DNA of 64,000 nucleotides from Ylistrum balloti (Eukaryota): NCBI RefSeq assembly GCF_031769215.1, contig NW_026782269.1:1116001-1180000 (forward strand), given 5' to 3'. The notes under the pieces are model-generated. The model saw only the letters and a list, made by a program, of their open reading frames with translations. It made no database searches and was not told the DNA's origin. Shown piece by piece: positions 1-11,004 of the stretch. Each line of letters opens with the position of its first letter. Within the stretch, counting starts at the first letter, position 1. Both the position numbers and the translations under genes were made by a program.

Positions 1-862
1 CGAAATATAAAACCATGTTTCAAAAGAACCACAAACCATTTCATAATTTGGTATTCGAATTTCCGCTATTTTACAAAACACAAATATTGATATTGACCAA
101 ATTCAGTCATTTGGAACGATAGAAATTCCACTCTGGCTCATTAATTCACTTGAAGTTGACTTTTCACTTCATGAAATGGTTAAATCAGACACAGATACTT
201 AACCTTTCGTTCATCCTTCTCGAAATTGCAGTTAAAATATGAAACGTTTCTACATTTATATACTAATGGTTCAAACGATAAGGTTGCTGCGGCCATGGTT
301 ACACAAGATGAAACCTATGGATGCCGACTACCGAACAACGCCTCAATATTCTCGGCGGAAGCGCGAGCTATCTATCTCGCCTGTGAATATAGTCAAACAA
401 AGTAATGGGAACTGTTATCTATCCAAGCTCTCTTTCTATACTCCAGAGTCTTAGCAATAGAAATATCGAAAATATTTTCATTCCTAATACATTAATACTA
501 TATCATGAACTTTAACTTTCGTATTGCTTTTTGCTAGGTTCCTGGGCACATGGGCATACCAGGCATTGGAAAAGCAGATCGTGCCGCAAAAGAAGCTATA
601 TTGCTAACTCCTATTGTTTTTAAACTTCATTTTACCTATTTAAGACCATTTATTAAACAAACTTTAAAAGCTCAATGGCAGGAGGAATGTAATACATATA
701 CCAATAACAAATTGCATTCCATTAAACCTGTTATCGGTGAATGGTCTCCAGGCTATAGACACAAACACCGAGACGAAATTGTCCTTGCTAGTCTTCGAAT
801 AGGTCATACATACCTTACACATTTATGTATGTTGAAAGGCGAAGATAATAATTGGTGCATAG
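1..862 (+). mobile_element. Decayed non-LTR retrotransposon (LINE with RNase H domain, I/Jockey-type), 3' part; starts before the window
   Basis: Manual translation across stops and frameshifts gives PLWLINSLEVDFSLHEMVKSDTD (~128-200), LYTNGSNDKVAAAMV...RLPNNASIFSAEARAIYLA (~250-380), FC*VPGHMGIPGIGKADRAAKEA (~530-598) and RDEIVLASLRIGHTYLTH...LKGED (~770-850). These match the RNase HI YTDGS / SAEAxAI / WVPSHxGIxGNExAD motifs and the downstream RLRIGHTxLTH motif of RNase H-containing LINEs. Confidence 0.85.
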
Positions 863-1019
863 TGTTGTGTATTCTGTCAAAGTGGGTATGTACAAACGAC
901 ACCAGACAGTGGCGGCCATTTCAGGAACTACCCTTTTTTATTGTCATCCCCTATTCATACGCTAGGATAGTGTAATACATAAAACGACATTCCGGATCTA
1001 CACCCACATATATGTAACA
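863..1019 (-). repeat. 3' LTR (157 bp)
   Basis: tgttgtgtattctgtc...catatatgtaaca, matching 5471-5613 except for 2 substitutions, a 1-bp indel and a 13-bp indel. Confidence 0.95.
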
Positions 1020-1032
1020 CTCCTCCCCTTTT
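1020..1032 (-). promoter_or_regulatory. Polypurine tract
   Basis: Reads AAAAGGGGAGGAG on the minus strand, directly abutting the 3' LTR. Confidence 0.92.
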
Positions 1033-1324
1033 AGTTCTGAAGACAGTTAATTTGAAAATTGAACAAATGTCACGTTCATTTTTTTTTTTTTTTTTTTTAA
1101 TAAAAATGAATAAGGCAACTTTCACCACTGACCAGTCTTACATCTTCTTATTTCAGTCAGTCAAGATTATCACAACGGTTAAACTAAAAACAACTAGCTA
1201 CTTGACTAGAAACAATAAATGAGAATTATGCTTACTGACTAGATTAACAAAGAAACTCGCGTAGAGCCCTGGGGCTCTGCAGATCACACAGGATTATTAT
1301 GCCCGTACATACCATGATCTGACC

Positions 1325-2210
1325 CTACGAATCTAACCTAACAGGTGCTCTCCGATTAGTTCTCACGGGGTACCGATGTTCAACCCTTGTCATAGGTGAC
1401 GCTTTCTTGCTTGAGTCCTTTGGGCTGTTTACTTTACCAACATCCTGGGGAACACTGGAGTTTGTCACGGTTGTAGGCTTGGCAATCACCATATCAGCCT
1501 CTACGGGATGCTCCACCAATGGGTTCCCGGATACATCCTTAGGGACCGACCCCAGAATTTGATCGGTGTGGCGTCTCCAGACCTGTCCTGGTGAGGTTTC
1601 CACTTTGTATGAAATGGGACATGTTCTTGCCTTTACAATTCCATGTGCCCATTTGGTATCTCCTCTGTAATCCCTTACTTGGACTTGGTCACCAACTTCA
1701 AAACGCCTAGTTTTACCCGGATTGCTGTCCTTACACATTCGAGCTTGCGCCTTTTCCACTCTCTCCTTCAAGTTAGGCCGTAGCAAGTCCAACCTTGTCC
1801 GTAAATTCCTACCCATGAATAGGTTTGCAGGTGTCTCTTCTGTAGTGGATTGGGGCGTGTTCCTATAGGACATCAGAAAACATTGTAGTTTCCTCTGTAT
1901 CGACCCGTTATCCTTCAATGCTGACTTTAGTCCCTGTTTGAAAGTCTGAACAAACCTTTCCGCGAGTCCGTTCGTCCTTGGATGATATGGTGCCGATGTA
2001 ATGTGATGGATCCCATTTCCACGCATGAAATCTTGAAACTCAGAAGAAACAAATTGCGGCCCATTATCACTCACTAGTTGCTGAGGGATTCCATTTCTGG
2101 CGAAAATACACCGTAGCACTTCAATGGTCTTTGAGGCTGTTGTAGAACCCATCTGAACGACCTCGGGCCACTTGGAGTGGGCGTCCACCACTACCAAGAA
2201 CATACTGTTT
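1325..2210 (-). pseudogene. Integrase catalytic core and C-terminus, cut off from pol by a frameshift
   Basis: NSMFLVVVDAHSKW, LVSDNGPQF, HITSAPYHPRTNGLAERFVQTFK (rve DDE motifs), GPY/F-like region and RYPVRTNRRAP tail. No chromodomain seen. Confidence 0.92.
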
Positions 2211-5200
2211 AGCAAAATCCACATGGATCCTTTGCCAAGGTGTCATGGGGAATTCCCATGGGTGAACTGGCGCCTCTTTTGCTGTGTTTCTGTTACCCTG
2301 ACAACCATTACAGTTCTTAGCGAGCTGCTCAAGATCCTTGTCAATCCCTGGCCACCATACATGACTCCTGGCGAGAGCTTTCATCTTGACAATTCCCGGA
2401 TGTCCTGAGTGGAGTTCCTCTAGGACTCGAGGTTGCAGTTCTTCTGGAATTATCACTCTAATTCCCCACAGCAGAATGCCTTGTTGAACGGTAATATCAT
2501 TCCGTCGGTCATAAAAGGGTAATGCTGCTTTGTCCTTCTGTGACCACCCGTGTAAAACGTCATTCAACACTTTACAAAGAGTTGGGCTCTTTCTGATCCC
2601 TTTCACAATATCTGAAGCTGAAACAGGTAATGTTTCAATCTGGGAAACTTGGAACAGGTGTGACTCATCTAAAATCTCTCGTTCACTCTGTGTCCGAGCT
2701 GATTTTAACGGAAGACGTGATAGCCCATCTGCATTCCCATGCAGCTTAGTGTTCTTGTATTGTATGGAGTAAGTATAAGCCGATAGGAAAACTGCATATC
2801 TCTGCATGCGTGCTGACGCACTAACAGACATTCCTTTCGACGGACCAAAAATAGAGACTAATGGCTGATGGTCTGTGATTAGTGTGAAATGTCTCCCATA
2901 TAGGTAAGCGTTAAAATGTTTAATTCCCCAAATTATAGCCAAAGCTTCCTTATCAATTTGGGAATAATTTCTCTCCGCTGGATTTAACGTGCGCGAAGCA
3001 AACGCGATCGGGCGTTCAGCGCCACTCGGCATGACATGAGACAGGACTGCACCCACGCCGTATGGTGAGGCATCATAAGCTATGGAAACAGGTAGGTTTG
3101 GGTCATAATGAGCTAAGACCTGCTCTGATGTCATCTTTTCCTTTACCTTGACAAAGGCCTGTTGACACTCCCTAGACCACACCCATGGTGCATTCTTCTC
3201 CAACAGTTTATGTAAGGGTCTTAGAGTTGATGCCAAGTTCTGTAGGAACTTTCCATAGTAATTGACCAGGCCCAAAAAGGCTCTGAGCTGCGAGACATTT
3301 CCTGGTACTGCTGCCTCAACAACAGCTTTGATTTTCTCCTGAGTCTTGTGTAAGCCTTCCGCATTGATGACATGGCCACAGAACTCTATCTTGTCTTCAA
3401 AAATGTCACATTTCTCAATGTTTGCTTTTAATCCATACTTCTGAAGTCTACCTAGTACACTACCCAGGTTCTGTAGATGTTCCTCCTCAGTGCGTCCTGT
3501 AATTATCATATCGTCAATTATACATTGGACACCTGGGATGCCTTGTAGGATCTGCTCCATAGTGCGCTGCCAAATTGCTGGCGCTGCAGCGATACCAAAC
3601 ACTAATCTGTTGTAGCGGAACAATCCTCGGTGTGTATTAATTGTCAGCAGTGGTCTCTGTTCCCCAACAACCTCCATTTGTAGATAGGCGTTCTTCAGGT
3701 CGATTTTAGTAAAGTGCTGACCCCCAGACAGATTCGCAAATATGTCTTCAATCTTAGGCAAAGGATACTTGTCAATCACAATCATTGAGTTAACAGTAGT
3801 TTTGAAATCCCCACAAATGCGGACCGACCCATCTTTCTTGGGCACTACTACAATGGGAGTAGCATAGCTACTATGATCAACCGGTGTAAGTATACCTAGG
3901 TTAACAAGTCTATCAAGTTCCTTGTCCACAGCTGGCCTAAGAGAGAAAGGCACGGGCCTCGCTTTCATGAACTTGGGCTGACTATCCTCCTTTAATGTGA
4001 ACCTGGCCTGAATATCCTTTACTGTACCGAGATTAGGTTCAAACACCTCCGCGTATCTCTGGAGAATGGATTTTACTGAATCAGCACGGTTACTATGGTC
4101 TGACACTGCCGAAACTGCATGTATTTCTGCCCAGTTCAGTTTTAGTTCACTTAGCCAACTCCTTCCGAACAATGGAGGTCCACCGCGCTCCACAACGTAC
4201 AGAGGAAGATCACTTATTTGGTTGTTGATGTGTACTTTGACTTCCTTTACCCCAATCGGAGTGATAGTCTCACCTGAATAGGTCTTGAATACCTTTGTGG
4301 TGGGGTTTAATGTAACTTTCCCAAAATGCTCCACTAAATCCTGTTTCCGGATTACTGACACTGCTGAACCGGTGTCCAGTTCCATCCGTAGTGGTGTCCC
4401 ATCTACTCTGGGCTTTACCCAATAAGGACCTGGGGACTGTGTATCATGTACCGTGTATATGTCACCTACAATGTCACCATAGTCATAATACTGGTCATCT
4501 AGAGAGTGTACTTTCTTCCCATTTTTCTCTGTGTGTACCTCTCGCCGACACGCCCTTTTAATGTGACCTACTTTTCCACACTGGTTACATTTTTCATTTT
4601 TGAAGAAACATTTTTGAGGATCATGTCCTGGACGTGTGCATCGATAACACGGCTTCTCGTGTGAACTCACCTTGGGTTTGTTTTGCTGTGATGATTTCTG
4701 ATTTCTAGAGCTGAACTTTGGATTCTTTGATTTCAGGCTATGTACACTCAGACCCTTGTGTTTCGCTTGTAATTCAACCGCATCCCGTGCGGCGGTTTCC
4801 ATGGCCACTGCAATATCCACAGCTTTATCAAAACTTAAATCTTTTTCCGACAGCAACTTTTTCTGAACTGCCTCATTCTTCAACCCGCAAACGAACCGGT
4901 CCCTCAGTGACTCCATCAGCACGACTCCAAATTCACAGTGCTCCGATAATTTTCGTAATTGAGCTACATAATCTCTTACACTTTCTCCCTCCTTCTGATC
5001 ACGCTTATGAAAGCGGAACCTTTCCGCGATAAGTAAGGGTTTTGGGGACAGATGATTCTTTAATATCGCCACCAGTTCATTAAATGTTTTTGTCGCTGGC
5101 CTGTCCGGTGCAGTTAGGTCTCGTAATACATTGTATGTCCTTCCGCCAATCAGACTGAGTAGCGCCGGAACTTGTTTTTCATCTTTTATCTCGTTTACAA

Positions 5201-5288
5201 GAAAATATTGACCTAGTCTTTCACTGTAGGACTCCCACGACTCCGTGTCGGCGTCGAATGATTCTAATCGACCTATGCGACCTGCCAT
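2211..5288 (-). CDS. Gag-Pol polyprotein (Gag, two CCHC knuckles, aspartic protease, RT, RNase H, integrase zinc finger)
   Basis: 1055-aa ORF with CYRCTRPGHDPQKC and CNQCGKVGHIKRAC, LDTGSAVS, RICGDFK, DLKNAYLQ, CIIDD, DASPYG, NYSQIDKEALA, NADGLSRLP, and H-H-C-C (LHSGHPG...KNCNGC). It runs out of frame after WQRIHVDFA. Confidence 0.95.
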
Positions 5289-5452
5289 TATTATACCAGT
5301 AACAAAAGTTTATCGAGTTCACAGGCCCCCGTTGATCTAGCGAACGAACCACGTGGTGTAAGCTTCACAATTAAAACAGGGCGAAACTGACCTTCTGTTG
5401 ACTGTGATGGCGAATTTCAATGCATGATACTGTTACTGTTATGTCGTAACGG

Positions 5453-5467
5453 CCATCCTCGTCGCCA
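5453..5467 (-). promoter_or_regulatory. Primer binding site, tRNA-Ser(GCU)-type
   Basis: Minus strand TGGCGACGAGGATGG, 3 nt from the 5' LTR. It is complementary to CCATCCTCGTCGCCA, the 3' end of animal tRNA-Ser(GCU) as recalled from knowledge. Confidence 0.85.
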
Positions 5468-5470
5468 ATA

Positions 5471-5613
5471 TGTTGTGTATTCTGTCTAAGTGGGTATGTA
5501 CAAACGACACCAGACAGTGGCGGCCATTTCAGGAACTACCTTTTTTATTCATACGCCAGGATAGTGTAATACATAAAACGACATTCCGGATCTACACCCA
5601 CATATATGTAACA
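5471..5613 (-). repeat. 5' LTR (143 bp)
   Basis: Direct repeat of 863-1019, adjacent to the PBS. Confidence 0.95.
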
Positions 5614-6834
5614 CTCTCACTGTAAGTCATTTAACTTCATTGAATTTTATTTTGCTCGAGTAATACATTTACTTGAACTAACCAAGCCTTATCTAATATT
5701 TTATATCGATATTATCCTTACTAGTATGTGTTGCATTGTGTATATAAATTGGTATGTTTGTTTCTTTTGTAAGTAATGCTAGGTGTTTATGCATTATTTC
5801 TAATTAACCAGTACCGTCCCATATACTTGCTTGTCTGTTGTCTTGTTAAGGTAAGCCTGCATTTACAAGTTTAGAGAAAACGAATGGATGGCAGCAAAAT
5901 AGACTTTCAACTAGGCAGTTTCTTCACACATCATAAATGCTCCTTCTGCACTTCCATCCGGGCCACCAAGAGGGATTTATGAGTAAAAGTACCTAGTGAT
6001 GTCGTTAGATTGGCTGGCTACTAATAACGATACGCGTATTTTTGTGCCGTAATCTAAATCAAATCACACGTGCAATTTATCTTGACAGAACAAGTGTAAC
6101 AGCCTTAAATCCTAGATTAGGTATAAAATTAATCGATTGACGAAGAAAGGATCTGAGAATTGATAATTAATTTCAGTAATTACGTAGGAGAAATCGTTTT
6201 CCTTACTAATAAACAGTTTCGAATAATTCCTTAAATGATTCTCATTGAAAAGTAAAACTGTAATGATCGTAGTGAGTGTTCGAGGAATTCAAAGCAGAAA
6301 AAAAAGTAAAAAATAATTGTAAATATGGATATATTTATTTAGAAACAAATTAAGTTAACAAATATCAATCCATGAGTTAGATAAGTTGACACAATAACTA
6401 TAAAGAATATATTGTATAATTGTAAGTAGAAAGAATATATAATCTCCATATGATAAAGTACACAATGATCCAGATTATAAAAAAGTATTGTTAAATTGAA
6501 GGTAGAAACTTCAGTAAAAAAATTTAAAACATGAGGTAAGTAACAAAAACCTTATACTCTTGTTCCAAAATATAGCAAAATTTGAATGATTAAAATGTTC
6601 GAATGTGAGAAACAATTCACACAGTATGTACATACGGTTTGGTTCAGGTAGTATGGATTTCAAACAAAGTTTTCAGAAAATAACATGAAAAATAAAGAAC
6701 GACATTACAATATCTACTGGCATGCAAATCAATGTGAACATATATGTCAGATTGGTTATCAAGGTGATAGCTAATGGAAATGATATGCGTTTTCAACAGT
6801 GAACAAGAAGACTCTTATTCATGAATCCTCCATC

Positions 6835-7561
6835 TTATCCGAGGTAACGGAAGTAGAAAAGAGCGAAGACGACAACAAAACACACAAGGAACTTGTGAAT
6901 GGTATGGAAAAAGAACCAGGAAAAGCTACGATGGTTATGGACACAGTGAGGCGCCTCCAGGGCAGCGTACATCAGGGCGAAGAACAGGCTTAACATTACA
7001 CCGTCCTCCCATCGTCCAATTGGATAAAATTGACTGTAACGGAACACGTGGAAAGTCATAGAATACGAAAGGAATTTTTATTTTTCAACAAAATTATAGA
7101 CCTATCTCTATCTAGATGTTTATTGCACAAGAAATGTATAAGGCAATCGATATTATTAAACAATAAAACACGATTGAAAAGGGAAATAACTCGCTATATT
7201 CATAACTGAAAATCCGACGGTAATATACTTATGTATCATGTGAACTAATTCTAACGTTTTACATAAATTCTGAATAAGGATTTACGAGAACAATTTTGAC
7301 AAGAAAAATGGAATCATCATAGTAACTCTATCTAATATTGTATTATCAATCTGGATCTGATGTCAAGAACAAAACTTACTCGGTGACGAATTTCAACAGG
7401 ACAACTAAAAGGGCGTCACACACTAGGGCGGTGAGTAGGTATCTCTCGCCGGTTCTGTGTCCCCATGGCGACCTGTCGTTGTACCATAATATACTCACAA
7501 CTTCTGCTAGTATTCCTGCTATCACCATAGCAATGCTAAACTGGATATGTAGTTCCGCCAT
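6835..7561 (-). CDS. Small four-helix membrane protein, DUF1761-like, paralog 1 (126 aa); coding exons 7561-7380 and 7033-6835
   Basis: Phase-2 GTAAGT donor and ttacag acceptor join to give MAELHIQFSIAMVIAGILAEVVSILWYNDRSPWGHRTGERYLLTALVCDALLVVLLKFVTDQFYPIGRWEDGVMLSLFFALMYAALEAPHCVHNHRSFSWFFFHTIHKFLVCFVVVFALFYFRYLG*. A ttttcag acceptor 18 nt upstream of the ATG implies a 5' UTR exon. The gene model is supported by paralog 2. The family call is motif resemblance only. Confidence 0.85.
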
Positions 7562-9120
7562 CTTATGATATTTTGCTTGCTGAAAAGTTAAGAATTAAAA
7601 GAAAAATGTAAAAATATTGACATAGTGAAGTTCGTCTCCACATTAACCCAGTATTGGCAATGCTGTGCGTTTTACGTTATATATCTAAATATCTTTTTAT
7701 AGGTTCAGTTTATCTAAAAGTGATGTTAGCAAAAATCCCGTACAAGCTATAGTTTGACAACTGACAATGGATTCGACTGTATGTCTAGATGTTTCATTGG
7801 AGCCGAACCATATCAAACCGTTTCATATGAAATACTATCACGTTTCTCTAAATGACCAAGCGTTTTGATGTCACCTATTGTATCTAAAAACACCAGTCGA
7901 CCAGTTTCAATATTGGTTATGTACCTGGTCGTATGTGAACTTGTTTTATAACCTATAAGACTGATAAACATTGCACATTATTTTTCATTACAGGATTTTC
8001 AATAAATTTTTGAGATAACACTGTGTTTCAATTAAGATGACGATGTATGATAGAGTGGCCTACGATAAGACATCAATAGAATCTCTAGGTATATCGACAA
8101 TCGCCAGTTTGTAAATTCGATCGCTGGTGAGATTAAAGGGAAGCAACTCTAGTCTTCTTAGCTTGTTTTAAAGTTCAGAATGAAAGAGGTCATACTATAA
8201 ATAGTAACACAACAACAACACATATAAAATCGATATTTTCAGCATGCGACCAGACTTGATTGATGACAATTTAGTGGATTTAGAAACTCAATACGAATTC
8301 ACGGAATATAATAACACGAATTCGGCAAAACGACAAGTAGAGATGTCAAACTATAGCCTTGATAGTGAGCATCTCTTGGTCTGATCGTATCTAGAGAGTG
8401 AATTTGACAAAGAATTCCGATTTGACGTTTATGCATGTATTTGAGACCGAAAATGTAAATGGGATTGTATACTGCAAGCACATCTTAAACGATACACAAT
8501 TATGACAGTGCTAGTATGCTATATAGATCTACAGCCTCCAACTATTTATTAGTCTACACCTATAGATGCAAACACCGTACAATGTACGCTGTTGGTTCAC
8601 GCTAGAATGGCCTCTGAACCACCGTGAATTGATCGATGGTAATGTTAGATTTACCAATCTCGAACTGTAATAATTATTTCGAATACTATCAATGCACATA
8701 TATGAAATGTGTTGAAATTGACACCTTCATATATGTAACTGAGTTATATAGAGAAAGCTTACCTTTGACCCGGGGATATGAAGTGTATATTCTATAACCT
8801 GCTTCTCGAACGTTTCTTGCCGCGGAGGTCACGAGCGTCCCGCCAATAAAAGTTAACCAATGAAAATTCGTCTTGATGTGGTTTGTAAACAATGGCGAAA
8901 AGTACACGTAGGGTATAACAAGTGTGTACAGAGTTACACTATAGTATTATCAGCGACCAATGATGACAACATAAGTTGTGTACAAATATTGACCACAGGT
9001 GGTAGGTCCACATTAAGAGACTGACTTTCCTTCTCACGATACGTTTGAAACAGCTGAACTGATCAATTTCTTTATGTGAAAAAAGATGAAATGTTAATTA
9101 GCTCACCTGGAACAGGGACG

Positions 9121-10950
9121 TATACTATATAGAATACGTCCCTGGTAGTATACTATATAGAATACGTCCCTGGTAGTATACTATATTGAATACGTCCCTG
9201 GCTGTATACTATATAGAATACGTCCATGGCTGTATACTATATAGAATACGTCCCTGGCTGTATACTATATAGAATACGTCACTGTCTGTATACTATATAG
9301 AATACGCTCCTGTCTGTATACTATATAGAATACGTCCCTGGCTGTATAGTATATAGAATACATCCTTGGCTGTATACTATATAGAATATGTCCCTGGCTG
9401 TATACTATATAGAATACGTCCCTGGCTGTATACGATATAGAATACGTCCATGGCTGTATATTATATAGAATACGTCCCTGGCTGTATACTGTATAGAATA
9501 CATCCCTGTCTGTATACTATATAGAAAACATCCCTGTCTGTATAGTATATAGAATACGTCCCTGGCTGTATACTATATAGAATACATCCCTGACTGTATA
9601 CTATATAGAATACATCCCTGTCTGTATAGTATATAGAATACATCCTTGGCTGTGTACCAAATAGAATATATCCTTAGCTGTATACTATATAGAATACATC
9701 CTTGGCTGTATACTATATAGAATATGTCCCTGGCTGTATACTATATAGAATACGTTCGTGGCTGTATATTATATAGAATACATCCCTGTCTGTATAGTAT
9801 ATAGAATACATCCTTGGCTGTGTACCAAATAGAATATGTCCTTAGCTGTGTACTATATAGTATACATCCCTGGCTATATACTATATTGAATACGTCCCTG
9901 GCTGTATACTATATAGAATACGCTCCTGTCTGTATAGTATATAGAATACATCTCTGTCTGTATAGTATATAGAATATGTCCTTGATTGTATAGTATATAG
10001 AATACGCCCCTGGCTGTATACTATATAGAATACGTCACTGGCTGTATACTGTATAGAATATATCCCTGTCTGTATACTATATAGAAAACATCTCTGTCTG
10101 TATAGTATATAGAATACGTCCTTGGCTGTATACTATATAGAATACGTCCCTGGTAGTATACTATATAGAATACGTCCCTGGTAGTATACTATATAGAATA
10201 CGCTCCTGTCTGTATAGTGTATAGAATACGTCCTTGACTGTATAGTATATAGAATACGTCCCTGGCTGTATACTATATAGAATACGCTCCTGCCTGTATA
10301 CTATATAGAATACGCTCCTGCCTGTATAGTATATAGAATACGTCCCTGGCTGTATACTATATAGAATACGTCACTGTCTGTATACTATATAGAATACGTC
10401 CCTGGCTGTATACTATATAGAATACGTCCCTGGCTGTATAGTATATAGAATACGTTACTGGGGTATACTATATAGAATACGTCCCTGGCTGTATACTATA
10501 TAGAATATGTCCCTGACTGTATACTATATAGAATACGTCACTGGCTGTATAGTATATAGAATACATCCTTGGCTGTGTACCAAATAGAATATAACCTTAA
10601 CTGTATACTATATAGAATACATCCTTGGCTGTATACTATATAGAATATGTCCCTGGCTGTATACTATATAGAATACGTTCGTGGCTGTATATTATATAGA
10701 ATACATCCCTGTCTGTATAGTATATAGAATACATCCTTGGCTGTGTACCAAATAGAATATATCCTTAGCTGTATACTATATAGTATACATCCCTGGCTAT
10801 ATACTATATTGAATACGTCCCTGGCTGTATACTATAGAATACATCCCTGTCTGAATAGTATATAGAATACGTCCTTGACTGTATAGTATATAGAATACGT
10901 CCCTGGCTGTATACTATATAGAATACGTCCCTGGTTGTTACTTTATAGAA
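9121..10950. repeat. 28-bp minisatellite, ~65 copies
   Basis: Unit tatactatatagaatacgtccctggctg with recurrent variants. Confidence 0.97.
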
Positions 10951-11004
10951 AATGTTGGTATTTTATTGTTGTTAGGTATATACATAAGTTTTCTTTCATG
11001 TAAA

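Larger units (their letters stand above)
863..5613 (-). mobile_element. Ty3/Gypsy LTR retrotransposon, full length, one frameshift
   Basis: Two direct LTRs with TG...CA ends, PBS next to the 5' LTR, PPT next to the 3' LTR, and a gag-pol in PR-RT-RH-IN order. Confidence 0.97.

Noticed and set aside
239-454. ORF 239-454 as a gene
   Set aside because: It is an alternative frame over the LINE RNase H remnant. The meaningful translation is in another frame.
1079-1098. 20-nt T run as a retroposed poly(A) tail
   Set aside because: It lies inside the Gypsy 3' untranslated region with no TSD or associated insert. It is likely an expanded homopolymer.
2121-2224. Programmed ribosomal frameshift between pol and integrase
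   Set aside because: The break is inside the integrase core, conserved GPF residues are missing, and no slippery heptamer is evident. A deletion explains it better.
2172-5032. Plus-strand ORFs 2172-2408, 2530-2772, 4066-4281, 4718-5032
   Set aside because: Antisense shadows of gag-pol with no recognisable motifs.
6799-7568. Plus-strand ORFs 6799-6993 and 7338-7568
   Set aside because: Antisense shadows of the two exons of paralog 1.
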